Shown: one piece after another, positions 63,523 to 64,000 of the stretch
Layout of the letters: every line of letters starts with the position of its first letter
Position numbering within the stretch: the first letter of the stretch is position 1
Sequence record: NC_042018.1
DNA: 64,000 nt
Direction: 5' to 3' (one strand)
Notes under the pieces: generated by a model
Told to the model about the DNA's origin: nothing
The model's database searches: none
The model's input: the letters and a program-made list of their open reading frames with translations, nothing else
Position numbers and translations under genes: made by a program

Positions 63523-63542
63523 CTACATTATTAATATGTAAG
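63523..63542 (+). promoter_or_regulatory. putative early phage promoter
   Basis: CTACATTATTAATATGTAAG. Confidence 0.7.
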
Positions 63543-63585
63543 TTTAGCTGATATCTTTTTATGAGGTGTAAATGAGGTAACCATT

Positions 63586-64000
63586 ATGCCGCAAGTTGAA
63601 TTTTTATACCGGGGAATTGTAAAGCTAAAAGGCAATACACTGCACTGGGATAATGTCCAGAACAGCATTTCTCCTAAACGAACCCCCAACACTATACCGG
63701 TGCGCGTTACGTTAGAACACCCGCCTAATTACGTATCTGTTACGCGATTAGGACGAGACTGTGTGGGAATCCAAATTAGCGACGGCATGCAAACCGTTAT
63801 TACCTTTATCAAAGAAGGAGTAAAATCCCGCTGCACGATTAACCGCGGCATCCGTGACCCGCTTGAGGGGTGGAGAGAATTTCAAGTGGTGTTGCTGTCT
63901 GAACATTGTAAGGCCATAAACAAACTCTATAAGCCCATGAGCGGCTTTCTTAGTTTATTGATGTCTCAGTCACCTGAATTAAGAAAGTCCTTTAGAAGCT
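63586..64000 (+). CDS. hypothetical protein, 3'-truncated (not in ORF track)
   Basis: ATG after GAGGT; MPQVEFLYRG... open to the window end. Confidence 0.7.
   Translation, partial: MPQVEFLYRGIVKLKGNTLHWDNVQNSISPKRTPNTIPVRVTLEHPPNYVSVTRLGRDCVGIQISDGMQTVITFIKEGVKSRCTINRGIRDPLEGWREFQVVLLSEHCKAINKLYKPMSGFLSLLMSQSPELRKSFRS

Noticed and set aside
1-64000. CRISPR array, integrase, transposase or IS
   Set aside because: No regularly spaced direct repeats and no recombinase or transposase motifs seen. Recurrent short sequences are promoters and terminators.

Overview
64 kb of a lytic jumbo-phage genome. By inference it is phiKZ-like (Chimalliviridae-like) with a probable Enterobacterales host; no chimallin, PhuZ or RNA polymerase gene lies in the window to confirm this. 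Almost all genes are on the + strand. They are punctuated by GC-rich intrinsic terminators and two recurring phage promoter motifs: an early-type CTA(C/T)AT(T/C/A)(A/G)(T/C)..NNTG motif (11 copies) and a late-type AT(G/T)(T/C)TATG motif (about 11 copies). Recognisable genes: DEDDh exonuclease, GNAT acetyltransferase, an AcrVA2/FinQ-like protein, SPFH lipoprotein, SGNH-esterase tail protein, PhoH, metallophosphoesterase, YgiB/DUF1190 lipoprotein, MazG-like pyrophosphatase, Dam methylase, XRE-type HTH protein, GroEL-like chaperonin and thymidine kinase. Thymidylate synthase is split by a 1089-nt group I intron carrying a GIY-YIG homing endonuclease. Two discoidin-domain tail fibres flank a DUF4376 protein. 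A 13.4-kb late block encodes nine paralogous proteins with a C-type-lectin-like (DGR-target-like) domain, arranged largely as a duplicated four-gene cassette, plus a dispersed family of scaffold proteins. Best leads: (i) a hairpin-dense putative ncRNA followed by exonuclease + GNAT + AcrVA2/FinQ-like genes (possible RNA-level anti-defence module); (ii) the duplicated modular adhesin cassette with no RT in the window; (iii) the thyA intron inserted at the Arg|Ser site. All family assignments are from motif recognition; no database search was run.
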